Positions 43,145 to 54,657 are shown, numbered from the stretch's first letter. The stretch: 64,000 nt of DNA from Acidobacteriota bacterium (GCA_027314025.1 DAHVCP010000040.1:10903-74902), one strand, 5' to 3'. The notes: generated by a model not told the origin, from the sequence alone. Program-made: numbers and translations.

Positions 43145-45103
43145 CTACATCGCCCGTTTCGCCGCTCTCGCCTTGGCCTTGGCAATGATCTCCGCCATCA
43201 CGTGCCGGTATTTTTCGAACGTGTTGTCCACCACCGTGATCGTCGGAATCTCATGCGGGTTGGTCGAAAGCGTCTTCCAGTTGAAATGGTTGAACCCCGA
43301 CTCGTGCACCCCGCTGCTACCCCGCCCCGGCGCCGGATGGCTCAAGTGCCCGAACGACCGGCAGTACTTATGGAACCCCGCCGGATAACCCCAGGACGGA
43401 AAGATCTGGTAGACCGGCAGCACCGACATCAGCGCGTCATAGGAAAACTCTCCCACCGGCAGCACCTGCGGATACTTCGCCCGCAGCTCCTCCACCATCG
43501 TCCGCAGCCCGGCCAGCATGTCGCCCTGCGTGTTGTTCACCCAGCCGCCGGCGATGTCCAGAAAATATCCGTCCACGCCGAACGTCTCGATCAAATACGT
43601 GATGTTGTCGTGCAGCCAATGCCGCCAGTCGTCCACCGCGATGTTCATGAACCGCCCCCAGCCTTCCATGTGGCGGTCGTTGTCCCAATCCACCCACGCC
43701 AAATAGAACGAGTTGCCGTCAATCGCCCGCGTGCTGGAGTCGGCGAACTGCGGATACACCGGCAAGTGCGTATTCGAGGCTTGCAGCCCGTACATCGGCA
43801 GAAAGCGGAAGCCCATGCGGTGCCCTTCGTCAATCAGCCGCCGGAACCCCGCGTCGCCGCCCATCCGTTGGTCCACCTTGTAAATCGAATACTCCCAGTA
43901 GTACCGCCCGTTCCACGCCGGCAAAAACACCATTACCTTGCGCCCGTCAATCTGCTTCGACACCCATTCCAGCGTCCGTAGCGCCTTGGCGAAGTCGTTG
44001 AAGATGTACCCCGTCCAGTCCATCCCGTGGATCGAAACCACCAGCTCCACTTCCCGGAACCACGCCGGCACATCCGGCCGCGTCGTCCATTCCGGAATTT
44101 TGAACGCCCGCTGCACGTGCGCGAAATGCGGCGCGTACGCCTCGTCCGCCGTGCTGGTGCGGCTCACCCGCCAGCGCGCCCCTTCCAACCGCGGCGTCTG
44201 TTTCCAGCCCGGATTTTCGTACACCATCTCGATGCGGTAGCGGTTGTCCTCCGCCGGCTCGAAGTACATGCGGTTCGGCCGCACTTCCTCATTCAGCGCC
44301 GACAGCGCGTAATACTCCTTCTTTCCCGCCTGGATCACCGTCAGCGGCGTGTCCGTGCTTCGCCCGCCGTTGCCCCACGGATAGCCCAGCAGCACCTCGT
44401 TTTCCTTGGGATCGAAAAACCCGCCGCTGCCCGCCGCCATCTTCCCCCGCGGCACGCCGCGCACCACCGTCGTGATGCTTTTGATCGGCTCCTCCATCTC
44501 CGCCGTCACCTCCCACTCGGCGTATTGCCCATGCGGCCGGATGTGCGCCGTCAGCCGCCCCGGCGCCTTCAGTTGCCCGCCGGCATACACGAACCCCGTG
44601 CATTCCAGCCGCAGCCCGTCCCCGTCCGGCAGCACCCGCATCTTTTCCCGGTCCAAGCCATAGGTGTTGAAAAACGTGTACAGCCGGAACCCGATGATCA
44701 GCCGGTTGAACACCACCGAGGGCTCGGGAAAATCGAAGCTGAACTTCTGCAAACTTCGCCCCGGAGGCGGCAAGATCACCTGGCTGGTGCAGTTCAGCGC
44801 CAGGATCGTTCCGTTCGGCGGATCTCCCACCGTCGCGCCGCTCGCGGCGGCGTGCCCCCGCCCCGGAAGCCCCGCCGCCGCTGCCCCCGCCACGCCGTCC
44901 GCCGCCAAATACGACACCGTTGCCGCCGCGCCTTTCATCAGATCCCGCCGCGTCAGCTCCCGCCCTGTCCGCTCCCTCGCGGCCGGCCCCGGCTCTGCCT
45001 CGTCCCACGTCTTCACCTCCCGCCCGTTCAGTTCCCGCCCTGCCGCGTCCCGCCCCGCTTTATCCCGCGATTTCGCTTCCCGTCCTATGCGTTCATCCGC
45101 CAT
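43145..45103 (-). CDS. Tat-exported hypothetical protein, possible TIM-barrel glycosidase-like
   Basis: 652-aa ORF with GGGAGGGAAG RBS. The twin-arginine motif LTRRDLMKGAAATV is preceded by a ~50-aa repetitive extension. The C-terminal half (VDGYFLDIAGGW, FLPAWNGRYYWEY) suggests a carbohydrate-active barrel, but I recognise no family. Confidence 0.6.
   Translation of the reverse strand: MADERIGREAKSRDKAGRDAAGRELNGREVKTWDEAEPGPAARERTGRELTRRDLMKGAAATVSYLAADGVAGAAAAGLPGRGHAAASGATVGDPPNGTILALNCTSQVILPPPGRSLQKFSFDFPEPSVVFNRLIIGFRLYTFFNTYGLDREKMRVLPDGDGLRLECTGFVYAGGQLKAPGRLTAHIRPHGQYAEWEVTAEMEEPIKSITTVVRGVPRGKMAAGSGGFFDPKENEVLLGYPWGNGGRSTDTPLTVIQAGKKEYYALSALNEEVRPNRMYFEPAEDNRYRIEMVYENPGWKQTPRLEGARWRVSRTSTADEAYAPHFAHVQRAFKIPEWTTRPDVPAWFREVELVVSIHGMDWTGYIFNDFAKALRTLEWVSKQIDGRKVMVFLPAWNGRYYWEYSIYKVDQRMGGDAGFRRLIDEGHRMGFRFLPMYGLQASNTHLPVYPQFADSSTRAIDGNSFYLAWVDWDNDRHMEGWGRFMNIAVDDWRHWLHDNITYLIETFGVDGYFLDIAGGWVNNTQGDMLAGLRTMVEELRAKYPQVLPVGEFSYDALMSVLPVYQIFPSWGYPAGFHKYCRSFGHLSHPAPGRGSSGVHESGFNHFNWKTLSTNPHEIPTITVVDNTFEKYRHVMAEIIAKAKARAAKRAM
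44938..45088 (-). repeat. In-frame 15-bp periodic repeats (about 10 units) encoding the N-terminal extension of the Tat protein
   Basis: Pentapeptide units GREAK SRDKA GRDAA GRELN GREVK TWDEA EPGPA ARERT GRELT RRDLM. DNA units include gggcgggacgcggca / gggcgggaactgaac / gggcgggaggtgaag. Confidence 0.55.
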
Positions 45104-45410
45104 CGTTCGCTTCCCTCCCTTGCGTTGCGTTCTTTACCTTGCCTCGGGTTCGTTGCCTGCACGCGCTCCTGACCGGCCGTGCTTCCTGCTTGCCGTACTC
45201 ATTGTTGCCGCCGCCCTGGCCTGCCGCATTGGCAGCGCTTGCAAAGGGCTCAGGTAGATTTGCCTCCCAGCGCCCCACCGCTGTCAAGCGCTTCCACGCC
45301 CGTCCCCGCCCTCCCAACCCAGCGTTTCCGCACGGTCCCTCCCCCGCCCCGCTTTTCTCCCCGGCCCCGTTCCTCGCCCCGGCCTGCTGCTTGCTGGCCG
45401 CCCCCGCCCC

Positions 45411-45629
45411 TCGTGGGGTAGGGCTCTGCCCTGCGCACGCACCCGTGTTCTGACGGCGTCCCGCCAGCGGCGGGTGCCTCGCCCTCCCGGGCCGCGCAAT
45501 CTCACCGCCCCGCCCGCGCGAAGAAAGTAGGACAGCCGTCTCGGCTGTCTGACGTGCACGATCCCGGCCGCGCCCAGCGCTAATCCGGCCGGGCCCAGCG
45601 CGACCGCACGCAAGCCGGAGGCATACCCC
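45411..45629. repeat. Mosaic intergenic hairpin repeat block (M2-M3-M4)
   Basis: tcgtggggtagggctctgccctgcgcacgcacccgtgttctgacggcgtcccgccagcggcgggtgcctcgccctcccggg .. gtaggacagccgtctcggctgtc .. gggcccagcgcgaccgcacgcaagccggaggcatacccc. Confidence 0.85.
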
Positions 45630-45772
45630 ACGGCGCCGCGCCGCCCGTCGTCGCGCCACGTCCCACCGCCCGCCTCTCGTCCGCCCCGCGTTCCGGCCGT
45701 CCCGCCCGCAGCGGGCTTCCGGGCTTATAATATTCCTTGACGGGCATATACTTTACATTGCATATTATCGCC

Positions 45773-46156
45773 ATGGCGTCCGCCTTCGAAATCCTTGCCG
45801 AACCGCACCGCCGCGCCATCCTTGCCATGCTCCTCGCCTCGGAGCGTTCCGTCGGCGAAATCGAGCGCCGGTTGCGGATTCCGCAGCCCGCCGTTTCCAA
45901 GCACCTCCGCGTCCTGCGCGACGCCGGCTTTGTCACCGCTACCGTGGACGCCCAGCGCCGTCTCTACCGCCTCAGCCCCCAACCGTTGCAGGAGCTGGAC
46001 GCGTGGCTGGCGCCCTTCCGCCGCTTCTGGTCCCTGCACCTCGATGCGCTGGAGCGCCATCTCGACCGCCAGCAGCGCGCCGCCGAGCTGTCCGCGCACG
46101 CTTCGCGCCCCGCAAACAAAGTCCGTGCAAAATCCGCCTCCAGGAGAAAACCATGA
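45773..46156 (+). CDS. ArsR/SmtB-family transcriptional regulator
   Basis: MASAFEILAEPHRRAILAMLLASERSVGEIERRLRIPQPAVSKHLRVLRDAGFV. An AT-rich upstream region has CATATT 6 nt before the ATG. The stop overlaps the next start (ATGA). Confidence 0.85.
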   Translation: MASAFEILAEPHRRAILAMLLASERSVGEIERRLRIPQPAVSKHLRVLRDAGFVTATVDAQRRLYRLSPQPLQELDAWLAPFRRFWSLHLDALERHLDRQQRAAELSAHASRPANKVRAKSASRRKP

Positions 46157-46686
46157 CCGATCTCGCATCCTACACGCCTGGCCCCGCCGCCGGCGCCGAA
46201 GTCCAGAAGGACGGCGACAAATGGACGCTGATTCTCGTCCGCGAACTGCGCCATCCCCCGGAAGCCGTCTGGCAAGCCCTCACCGATCCCGCGCAGTTGC
46301 GCGAATGGGCGCCCTTCGACACGGATAAATCCCTCGCCTCCCTGGGCACGGTCAACCTGAAATGGGTGGGCGCGCCGCGGTCCATCCCCGTCCAAGTCAC
46401 CCGCGCCGAGCCGCCCAAGCTTCTCGAATACGGCGATGCCCGCTGGCAGCTCGAACCCACTCCCGCCGGCACCCGCCTCACCCTTTGGCACGCCCTCGAC
46501 CATCGCTTCATTTCCATGGGCGCCGCCGGTTGGCACATCGCCTTCGACGTCTTGGATCGCCGCCTCGCCGGCCATCCCATTCCCCGTTTCGCCGGCGCCG
46601 CCGCCATGCAGTTTGCGGGCTGGCAACGCCTCAACGCCGAATACGCCCAGCAATTCGGCGTCGAGCTGCCCAAATGGCCCCGCTAA
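46153..46686 (+). CDS. SRPBCC (AHSA1/START-like) domain protein
   Basis: 177 aa from MTDLASYTPG... The segment RELRHPPEAVWQALTDPAQLREWAPF is typical of this family. It is translationally coupled to the ArsR gene, a common pairing. Confidence 0.8.
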   Translation: MTDLASYTPGPAAGAEVQKDGDKWTLILVRELRHPPEAVWQALTDPAQLREWAPFDTDKSLASLGTVNLKWVGAPRSIPVQVTRAEPPKLLEYGDARWQLEPTPAGTRLTLWHALDHRFISMGAAGWHIAFDVLDRRLAGHPIPRFAGAAAMQFAGWQRLNAEYAQQFGVELPKWPR

Positions 46687-46710
46687 TCCGGCGGTAACGA
46701 TCGCGTCCGT

Positions 46711-46875
46711 CGTGAGGTAGGGCGCCTGCGTGCGCGCCCGTGTTCTGACGGCGCCCCGCCAGCGGCGGGGGCGTCGTCCTCCGGGCGGCGGAATTTCACC
46801 GCCCGGGCGCACCCGTGGGGTAGCCGTCCTCGGCTGCCTAGCGCGGCTGCCGTCCTCGGCTATCTGCTCCGCGCC
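46711..46875. repeat. Mosaic intergenic hairpin repeat block (M2 + two M3 variants)
   Basis: cgtgaggtagggcgcctgcgtgcgcgcccgtgttctgacggcgccccgccagcggcgggggcgtcgtcctccgggcggcgg .. ggggtagccgtcctcggctgcc .. gctgccgtcctcggctatc. Confidence 0.85.
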
Positions 46876-46913
46876 ATCCTTGCCTCGCCGCACAATGGAA
46901 CCACAATGGAAGC

Positions 46914-47951
46914 ATGGCTCCATCGCCCAGCCAGCGGACCCGGCCGCATAAATCAGCGCCGCGCACCCCGCCGCCCAAAAAAGAGCGCCTCGATCACCTG
47001 CTGGTCGCCCGCGGCCTAGCCGAAACCCGCCCGCAAGCCCAGGCCCTCATCCTCGCCGGCCAAGTCCTGGTCGCCGGCCAAAAGCGCGACAAGGCCGGCG
47101 CCATCGTGGACGCCGCCGCCGAACTCCGCCTGCTCGCCGCCGCCGCCTCGCCCTACGTCAGCCGTGGCGGCTGCAAGCTCGCCGCCGCCCTCGACGCCTT
47201 CGCCATGGACCCGCGCGGCCGCGTCTGCGTGGACGTCGGCGCGTCCACCGGCGGCTTCACCGACTGCCTATTGCAGCGCGGCGCCCGCCGCGTCTACGCC
47301 CTCGACACCGGCCGCGGCCAGCTCCATTGGCGCCTGCGCCAAGACCCGCGCGTCGTTCTGCGGGAAAAATGCAACGTCCGCTATCTCCGGCCCGAGGACA
47401 TCCCGGAGCCGGCCAGCCTGATCGCCGTGGACGTTTCCTTCATCTCCGTCACGCTGCTGCTGCCCGCTCTCGTCCCGCTCCTCGCCCCTCGCGGCGGCGA
47501 CATGATCATCCTCGTCAAGCCCCAGTTCGAAGCCGGCAAGGGCCAAGTCGGCAAAGGCGGCATTGTCCGCGATGCAGCCGTCCGCCAAGCGGCCGTCGTC
47601 CGTGTCCGCGCCGCCGTCGCCGCCGCCGGCGGCCAATTCCGGCAGATCGGCGAGCGAAAACTCGATGACGGAAGGCGCGGCGAAGAAAGTCGCCTTGACG
47701 AGGGAATGCCTGGCGATGGAAAGCCTGACGAGGCAAAACCTGGCGGCGGAACACCTGGCGACGGAAAACCCGGGGAAGGAAGACTCGGTGAAGGAATACT
47801 CGACGAGGCAAAGCTCGGCGAGAAAATGCTGATAGAGGGAAAAGCCCGCGGGATCCCGAGCTTCGCCGGCGTCATTCCCAGTCCCATCCTCGGCGCCGAA
47901 GGCAACCAGGAGTTCCTCCTCGCCGCCCACTGGCCGCCGGCCGCCGGGTAG
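46914..47951 (+). CDS. tlyA: TlyA-family rRNA (cytidine-2'-O)-methyltransferase with a ~65-aa repeat insertion
   Basis: S4-like N-terminus [30 protein letters not shown]. FtsJ-like core [37 protein letters not shown]-terminal [14 protein letters not shown]. The product is 345 aa, versus roughly 250-270 expected for the family from memory. Confidence 0.85.
   Translation: MAPSPSQRTRPHKSAPRTPPPKKERLDHLLVARGLAETRPQAQALILAGQVLVAGQKRDKAGAIVDAAAELRLLAAAASPYVSRGGCKLAAALDAFAMDPRGRVCVDVGASTGGFTDCLLQRGARRVYALDTGRGQLHWRLRQDPRVVLREKCNVRYLRPEDIPEPASLIAVDVSFISVTLLLPALVPLLAPRGGDMIILVKPQFEAGKGQVGKGGIVRDAAVRQAAVVRVRAAVAAAGGQFRQIGERKLDDGRRGEESRLDEGMPGDGKPDEAKPGGGTPGDGKPGEGRLGEGILDEAKLGEKMLIEGKARGIPSFAGVIPSPILGAEGNQEFLLAAHWPPAAG
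47661..47855 (+). repeat. 13 tandem in-frame 15-bp units inside tlyA
   Basis: Units include ctcgatgacggaagg, cgcggcgaagaaagt, cgccttgacgaggga, atgcctggcgatgga, aagcctgacgaggca, aaacctggcggcgga, acacctggcgacgga, aaacccggggaagga. They encode the pentapeptides [65 protein letters not shown]. Confidence 0.85.
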
Positions 47952-47965
47952 GCCGCGAGCGCAGA

Positions 47966-48069
47966 GAAAGTGGGATGGGCGTCCTCGCCTGTCCGCCCCT
48001 AGCGTGGAACAGGCTTCAGCCTGTGTCGCGGCCGGCTTCAGCCGGCCGCGCCGAAAACCAACCCTCAAC
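47966..48069. repeat. Mosaic repeat block M3+M5 (copy 1, downstream of acs)
   Basis: gaaagtgggatgggcgtcctcgcctgtccgcccctagcgtggaacaggcttcagcctgtgtcgcggccggcttcagccggccgcgccgaaaaccaaccctcaacc. It is collinear with 50493..50596, with about 8 differences. Confidence 0.85.
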
Positions 48070-48239
48070 CCGAACCCGGCAGATGGGCGCAATCTGGGGA
48101 CGCGGACGGCCCGTCCGCACCCGCGGCGGCGCCGCCTCCCCCCGCCACCCCGACCGCGCGGAGCGCGACCGCACCAAGCCGGAGGCATACCCCACCCGTC
48201 CCGCCAGCCGCCGCACTGAGGTCGGCCACCGGCCCCGCC

Positions 48240-50189
<1,950 letters not shown>

Positions 50190-50207
50190 CTCTCGTTTCC
50201 CTCCCAG

Positions 50208-50229
50208 TGTCAAAGCTGTGTCAAAGCTG
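50208..50229 (-). promoter_or_regulatory. Tandem 11-bp repeat CAGCTTTGACA x2 immediately upstream of acs
   Basis: The minus strand reads GCAGCTTTGACACAGCTTTGACACTGGGAGGGAAACGAGAG-ATG. Each unit carries a TTGACA hexamer. Confidence 0.3.
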
Positions 50230-50350
50230 CATGATACCGCCGTCGGCGGACGCGGGCCGCCACCGCCGCCAAGACGTGGCGCTTCCGGGAGCGCCGGCAT
50301 CCTGCCGGCCAGCTCGCCCCCGCCCCTCGCCCCGCCGTCGCGGGCCGGCG

Positions 50351-50453
50351 GCCCGCGCCCCCAGAAACGCCCACCGCCTCTTGTGGGGTAGGGCTCTGCC
50401 CTGCGTGCGCACCCGTGTTCTGACGGCGCCCCGCCAGCGGTGGGGGCGTCGCC
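50351..50453. repeat. 103-bp M2 repeat, copy 1
   Basis: gcccgcgcccccagaaacgcccaccgcctcttgtggggtagggctctgccctgcgtgcgcacccgtgttctgacggcgccccgccagcggtgggggcgtcgcc. It matches 50668..50770 at 100 of 103 positions (aligned by hand). Confidence 0.9.
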
Positions 50454-50492
50454 CTCCCGGGCGGCGCAATCTCACCGCCCCACCCGCGCAAC

Positions 50493-50596
50493 GAAAGTCG
50501 GATGGGCGTCCTCGCCTGTCCGCCCTCGCGTGGAACAGGCTTCAGCCTGTGTGGCGGCCGGCTTCAGCCGGCCGCGCCGAAAGGCAACCCTCACCG
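50493..50596. repeat. Mosaic repeat block M3+M5 (copy 2, upstream of acs)
   Basis: gaaagtcggatgggcgtcctcgcctgtccgccctcgcgtggaacaggcttcagcctgtgtggcggccggcttcagccggccgcgccgaaaggcaaccctcacc. It contains the perfect 10-bp-stem hairpin GCGGCCGGCT-TC-AGCCGGCCGC. Confidence 0.85.
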
Positions 50597-50667
50597 CGGC
50601 CCGGAGCAGCGCAGGCCACCTGGGGGGCGCGGACGGCTCGTCCGCATTCCGGGCCGGCGGGCCGGCA

Positions 50668-50770
50668 GCCCGCGCCCCCAGAAACGCCCACCGCCTCTTG
50701 TGGGGTAGGGCTCTGCCCTGCGTGCGCACCGGTGTTCTGACGGCGCCCCGCCAGCGGCAGGGGCGTCGCC
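50668..50770. repeat. 103-bp M2 repeat, copy 2
   Basis: Direct repeat of 50351..50453, offset 317 bp, with 3 mismatches. Confidence 0.9.
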
Positions 50771-51121
50771 TTCGCCCAATGCCCGTCAGTTCCACCACAG
50801 CGCCATCCCGCGCAAACCCATCCGCCCGGCCCTGGCCACGCGCCTCGCACAGTGACAGAAAACCCCAGCCCCGTCACTCCTCCCGCCGCTGATTCCCAAC
50901 GAGTTATGCCCGCTGGCCTCGCATTCGCGCCGCCCAAATGTCACAACCCGCACAGCCCATCTCCGTTCCAATCGTCTGCAAACGCACGCCGCCCCCGGGC
51001 CGCCCGCGTGGCATTTTAGTGACCGCCCGGACAACTCATAGCCCACTCACTTCATCTCACTTCGTATGTGGCGGCTCGCTCAACTGACGCCCGGCTCCAA
51101 CACTGACCACCGGACACCCCC

Positions 51122-52018
51122 ATGAGCCTCTGGACCCGAATCACTCGCTCCCTCCTCTCCTCCGCCCTCGACGGCCCCCCTGTCCCGCCGCCGGACTACG
51201 CCCCGCCCCATCCCTTCCGCCGCCTTCCGCGCCCCACCGCGCCCGCGGCCTCGCGGCGCCGCTCGCAGCCAGGCCGGGCTTCCCGCGCCGCGCAATCCGC
51301 CCCGGCGCCCGACGCACCGAGGTCCCCCACCGCATCCGCCGCCACCCTCGGCCCAACCGATTCCCGGCGGCCGACCGCCTCGGCTCCCCTCGCCCGCCGC
51401 CCCCGGACCTTCCGGCCCACCACCAAGCAGCGCGCCTTGGCCGAAGCCGCCTGCGGGCTCGCCCTGCCGCTCAGCACCACTCAGCTCTGCTCCCGCGCCG
51501 GCGTCAGCCCCCGCTCCTTCTACCGCTGGCAGAACCAGCCCGGCTTCTCCGCCTGGTTCGCCGCCGCCGCGCTGCAAGCCCTCGCCACCGCCACCCCCCT
51601 GTTGATCCTCAGCGCCATGCAGTCCGCCATTGACGGCGACCCCGCCGCCCGCAAGCTCATGTTCCAGTTCTGCGTCGCCCCCGATCTCGCTCCCGCCATC
51701 GCCTCCCGCCTCGGCTGGGCCGGCGGCGATTCGCCGGCGCCCGAAGATCCCGGCATTCCCGCCCTTGCCGCCCTTGCCGCCGCCGAAGCCCCGGAAGCGA
51801 CCGACCCCCTGCGCCGTCGTCCCGCTCCCGCCCCGAAAGCTCCGGCGCAAAAAAGGGCGCCCAGGGCATCGCTCGCCGCCCATCACCCCGCCGAAATTCC
51901 TGCCGCCGCCAGCGGATTTTCCTCGCCATTACAGCCCGCCGCGACCCCGCCCGCGCGTCGCTGGGGTGGGGCCGCTCCGCTGATGAGGCGAGCCGCGGCC
52001 TTCTTCCGCGCGCCCTAG
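51122..52018 (+). CDS. Hypothetical Pro/Ala-rich protein with central helix-turn-helix
   Basis: 298-aa ORF with strongly C/G-biased third positions. The segment KQRALAEAACGLALPLSTTQLCSRAGVSPRSFYRWQNQPGFSAWF looks like a homeodomain-like or terminase-small-subunit-like HTH. The remainder is low complexity. Confidence 0.5.
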   Translation: MSLWTRITRSLLSSALDGPPVPPPDYAPPHPFRRLPRPTAPAASRRRSQPGRASRAAQSAPAPDAPRSPTASAATLGPTDSRRPTASAPLARRPRTFRPTTKQRALAEAACGLALPLSTTQLCSRAGVSPRSFYRWQNQPGFSAWFAAAALQALATATPLLILSAMQSAIDGDPAARKLMFQFCVAPDLAPAIASRLGWAGGDSPAPEDPGIPALAALAAAEAPEATDPLRRRPAPAPKAPAQKRAPRASLAAHHPAEIPAAASGFSSPLQPAATPPARRWGGAAPLMRRAAAFFRAP

Positions 52019-52147
52019 GCGGGGGAGCGGGCGCGCTGCCGCCGCCCCGGAGGGCGACGGCCCCGCCGATGGCGGGACGGGGCGCACGCAGGGCGGAAGC
52101 CCGGCCGTTGGCGGGACGCTGCCAGATGCGGACGAGCCGTCCGCGCC

Positions 52148-52256
52148 CCCAGGGAGGCGTCCGTGCATCGCCCCAGCGGGGCGCTCGTGAATCGTCCCAG
52201 GGAGGCGCCCGTGAATCGTCCCAGGGAGGCGCTCGTGAATCGTCCCAGGGAGGCGC
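52148..52256. repeat. 4.5 tandem copies of a 24-bp unit CCCAGGGAGGCGCNCGTGAATCGT
   Basis: Copies at 52148, 52172, 52196 and 52220, plus a partial copy at 52244. They lie about 95-200 bp upstream of the isomerase gene start. Confidence 0.9.
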
Positions 52257-52348
52257 GGCCGCGCAGGGCGTTGGTTTGGGCGCGGCGGGGCCGGCGCCGG
52301 GCGGACTTGCTCTGGCCACCAAACATTGCAAGGTTGTACAATCCCGGC

Positions 52349-53314
52349 ATGCAAGTTGGTCTCTTCACCGTCCTGTTGTCGCAGCTCCCTTTGGAAAAGG
52401 CCCTGAAGCGGGTCAAGGACCTCGGCCTAGACGCGGTCGAGCTGGGCTGCGGCAATTATCCCGGCGAGGCGCATTGTTCGCCCGCGCTGCTGGCCGCCCC
52501 GGGCAAGCTGCGCGATCTAAAAAACCTGGTCGCCGACCACGGCCTCACCATCAGCGCCCTCAGCTGCCATGGCAACCCGCTGCACCCCGACGCGGCGACC
52601 CGCCGCAAGTTTCTCGACACCAGCCGCAAAGTGATTCGCCTCGCGGAGAAACTCGGCGTCGAAACGGTGATTGATTTCTCCGGCTGCCCGGGCGGCCATG
52701 AGCGCGACATCCGCCCCAACTGGATCACCTGCCCCTGGCCGCCCGAATACAGCGACACCCTGGCCTGGCAGTGGGAAAAGAAAGTGATTCCCTTCTGGAA
52801 GGAGCACGGCAAATTCGCCGCCGACCACGGCGTCCGCATCGCCATCGAGATGCACCCCGGCTTCGTCGCCTATTCGCCGGAGACCATGCTGCGCCTGCGC
52901 GCCGCCGCCGGCAAAATGGTCGGCTGCAACTTCGACCCCAGCCATCTCTTCTGGCAGAACATTGATCCCATCGAAGCCGTCCGCATCCTCGGCGCCGAGA
53001 AGGCCATCTTCCACGTCCACGCCAAGGACACGCAGCTGTTCCCCGGCGTGCTGCCGCGCACCGGCGTGCTGGACACCAAGCCCTATGTCCGCGAGCCGGA
53101 GCGGGGCTGGATCTTCCGCACCGTCGGCTACGGCCACGGCGCCGAGTGGTGGGCGCATTTCATCTCCACGCTGCGCCTGGTGGGCTATGACGGCACGCTC
53201 AGCATCGAGCATGAGGACAGCCTGATGGCCGTGGATGAGGGCCTGGCCAAGGCGGCGGCCTTCCTGCAAAATCTGGTCATCCGCCAGCCGCGTCCCAAGG
53301 TTTGGTGGGCCTAG
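52349..53314 (+). CDS. Sugar phosphate isomerase/epimerase (xylose isomerase-like TIM barrel)
   Basis: MQVGLFTVLLSQLPLEKALKRVKDLGLDAVELG, IAIEMHPG, FHVHAKD, LSIEHED metal-ligand pattern. TACAAT lies 6 nt upstream of ATG 52349. The ORF track begins at 52163, inside the tandem repeat. Confidence 0.85.
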   Translation: MQVGLFTVLLSQLPLEKALKRVKDLGLDAVELGCGNYPGEAHCSPALLAAPGKLRDLKNLVADHGLTISALSCHGNPLHPDAATRRKFLDTSRKVIRLAEKLGVETVIDFSGCPGGHERDIRPNWITCPWPPEYSDTLAWQWEKKVIPFWKEHGKFAADHGVRIAIEMHPGFVAYSPETMLRLRAAAGKMVGCNFDPSHLFWQNIDPIEAVRILGAEKAIFHVHAKDTQLFPGVLPRTGVLDTKPYVREPERGWIFRTVGYGHGAEWWAHFISTLRLVGYDGTLSIEHEDSLMAVDEGLAKAAAFLQNLVIRQPRPKVWWA

Positions 53315-53467
53315 CGGCTCGGCCCCTGGGCCGGTCGGCGTCCCGGCCGGTTCGCGGGCGCGCCGCCGCCGGCGGGGCTTCCCCGCGCGGGCCGGGGTGT
53401 CACAATTCACCCGCGCGGAGCGGTCCGCGCGGCGCAGTATAGGAACGAAGCGGAAGACAGGAACGCA

Positions 53468-54613
<1,146 letters not shown>

Positions 54614-54657
54614 CGCGGCGGCGGCATGCAGCGGGGCACGATGCAGCAGGGCATGGC

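Noticed and set aside
46891-46912. Tandem CACAATGGAAC/CACAATGGAAG just before the tlyA start as a regulatory array
   Set aside because: There are only two short units. The second is better explained as the CACAAT -10-like hexamer 6 nt from the ATG, which is covered in the leaderless-start finding.
50351-50770. 103-bp repeat pair as a DGR template/variable repeat pair
   Set aside because: The three mismatches (c/g, t/c, g/a) are not adenine-specific. No reverse transcriptase is nearby, and both copies are intergenic.
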